From an uncultured virus (IMG/VR IMGVR_UViG_3300021387_000129) (taxonomy: Duplodnaviria; Heunggongvirae; Uroviricota; Caudoviricetes), in the IMG/VR virus record IMGVR_UViG_3300021387_000129: a stretch of 64,000 bases of DNA. The stretch is one strand, 5' to 3'. The position numbers and the translations under genes were made by a program. The notes under the pieces were generated by a model. It saw only the letters and a program-made list of their open reading frames with translations, searched no databases and was not told the DNA's origin. Positions 63,192-64,000 of this stretch are shown here, piece after piece (position 1 is the stretch's first letter; every line of letters starts with the position of its first letter).

Positions 63192-64000
63192 TTAAGACGC
63201 ATTAGTAACAGGAGATATTTTTTCAGTGAACACGTAGAATGTTTTTTCTCCAATCATCAATGTGATTGTTATTTTTACAAAATTATCATATTCGGATGGT
63301 GCGATTGTTATCTTATTATCTATCGCACCATATAAACTATATCCGGCATTAACCAAATTATTGCTTAAAGTTATTCGGAACATATCATAGTCGCTGTTTG
63401 TTCGTCTTCGATGCACATACAGTGTCATCGGGCTGAAGGTATTGGTTCTGGATTTATTTATGTCTCTTAAAGTTATGGTTAATCCATTTCCATTTGAATA
63501 CCCGAGAGCATCGACCGAAAAGCTTCGTGGGAATAACTCATCAACGGTTTGATTAAAATTTGTCGAAGGATATCCTATTGTTATTCCATTATTTTTTTTC
63601 TGAGACAAAAATGAAGGACAAACCAACGTCTGATATTCATAATATGTAGATGGAAGCATTTGATGATTGTCCACTATCCAATTCCCTTGCATGAAAGGAT
63701 CTCTACCAGACCCAATAAATGGATTAAAAACATATGTCCTTGCATTGCTATTTGGAGAAATGCTATAGATTCTATCATAAGCATTATTAAAGTAATTTGT
63801 AAATCCGTCTCCTATTGCTTCGAAATAGGTATGAAGTATATTCAGCGCATAGCAACCCGTTTTCATAACTAATGTATCATATGTCGATGCATAATTTATT
63901 ATGGTACCGCCATACGTTAACCCTAATCTAAATGATAGCGGGCCAGATTGTGTGGATAATTGATTTATTAAAAATATTCCTTCACTACGAGAAGATACAA
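63192..64000 (-). CDS. 3' part of an AT-rich tailspike-like gene (open to the right edge)
   Basis: The frame of ORF 63192-63866 stays open for 44 more codons to base 64000; N/I/S/T/Y-rich. Confidence 0.7.
   Translation of the reverse strand, partial: VSSRSEGIFLINQLSTQSGPLSFRLGLTYGGTIINYASTYDTLVMKTGCYALNILHTYFEAIGDGFTNYFNNAYDRIYSISPNSNARTYVFNPFIGSGRDPFMQGNWIVDNHQMLPSTYYEYQTLVCPSFLSQKKNNGITIGYPSTNFNQTVDELFPRSFSVDALGYSNGNGLTITLRDINKSRTNTFSPMTLYVHRRRTNSDYDMFRITLSNNLVNAGYSLYGAIDNKITIAPSEYDNFVKITITLMIGEKTFYVFTEKISPVTNAS

Noticed and set aside
1..64000. Stop-codon reassignment
   Set aside because: Long genes are intact in the standard code and TAA, TGA and TAG all terminate well-placed genes.

Overview
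The whole window is a long-tailed (siphovirus-type) temperate phage, probably of a Firmicutes host (strong AGGAGG RBSs, phiLC3-type holin, NlpC/P60-SH3 lysin). Essentially every real gene is on the minus strand. Left to right: receptor-binding proteins and lysin (1-3.5 kb); tail and head genes (3.9-28.4 kb); a putative cos site (28620-28628); a 978-aa single-subunit two-barrel RNA polymerase with HTH domains; nucleases, helicase and a helicase-primase-PolB fusion (32-38.5 kb); a candidate origin; about 35 small early genes, many as promoter-ORF-terminator cassettes (38.7-53.2 kb); an attP (3' half of tRNA-Thr GGT) next to a tyrosine integrase; tRNA-like ncRNAs and an RHH regulator; then a Cys/Gln/Gly-rich gene module, holin and variable receptor-binding genes (55.8-64 kb). 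attP has phage genes on both sides and both window ends fall in tailspike-like coding sequence, so this looks like a permuted, nearly complete free phage genome. Main candidates for new biology: (1) a self-contained transcription system (RNAP, 19 copies of a fixed-geometry YCGCA-N6-ACA-N10-T|R promoter, and an LxH|YG leader shared with basic head proteins that suggests virion packaging); (2) TAA-N8-TTA sites at the boundaries of variable cassettes, one inside a receptor-binding gene; (3) promoter-driven tRNA-mimic and hairpin ncRNAs. All family assignments come from motif reading by eye, not database searches.
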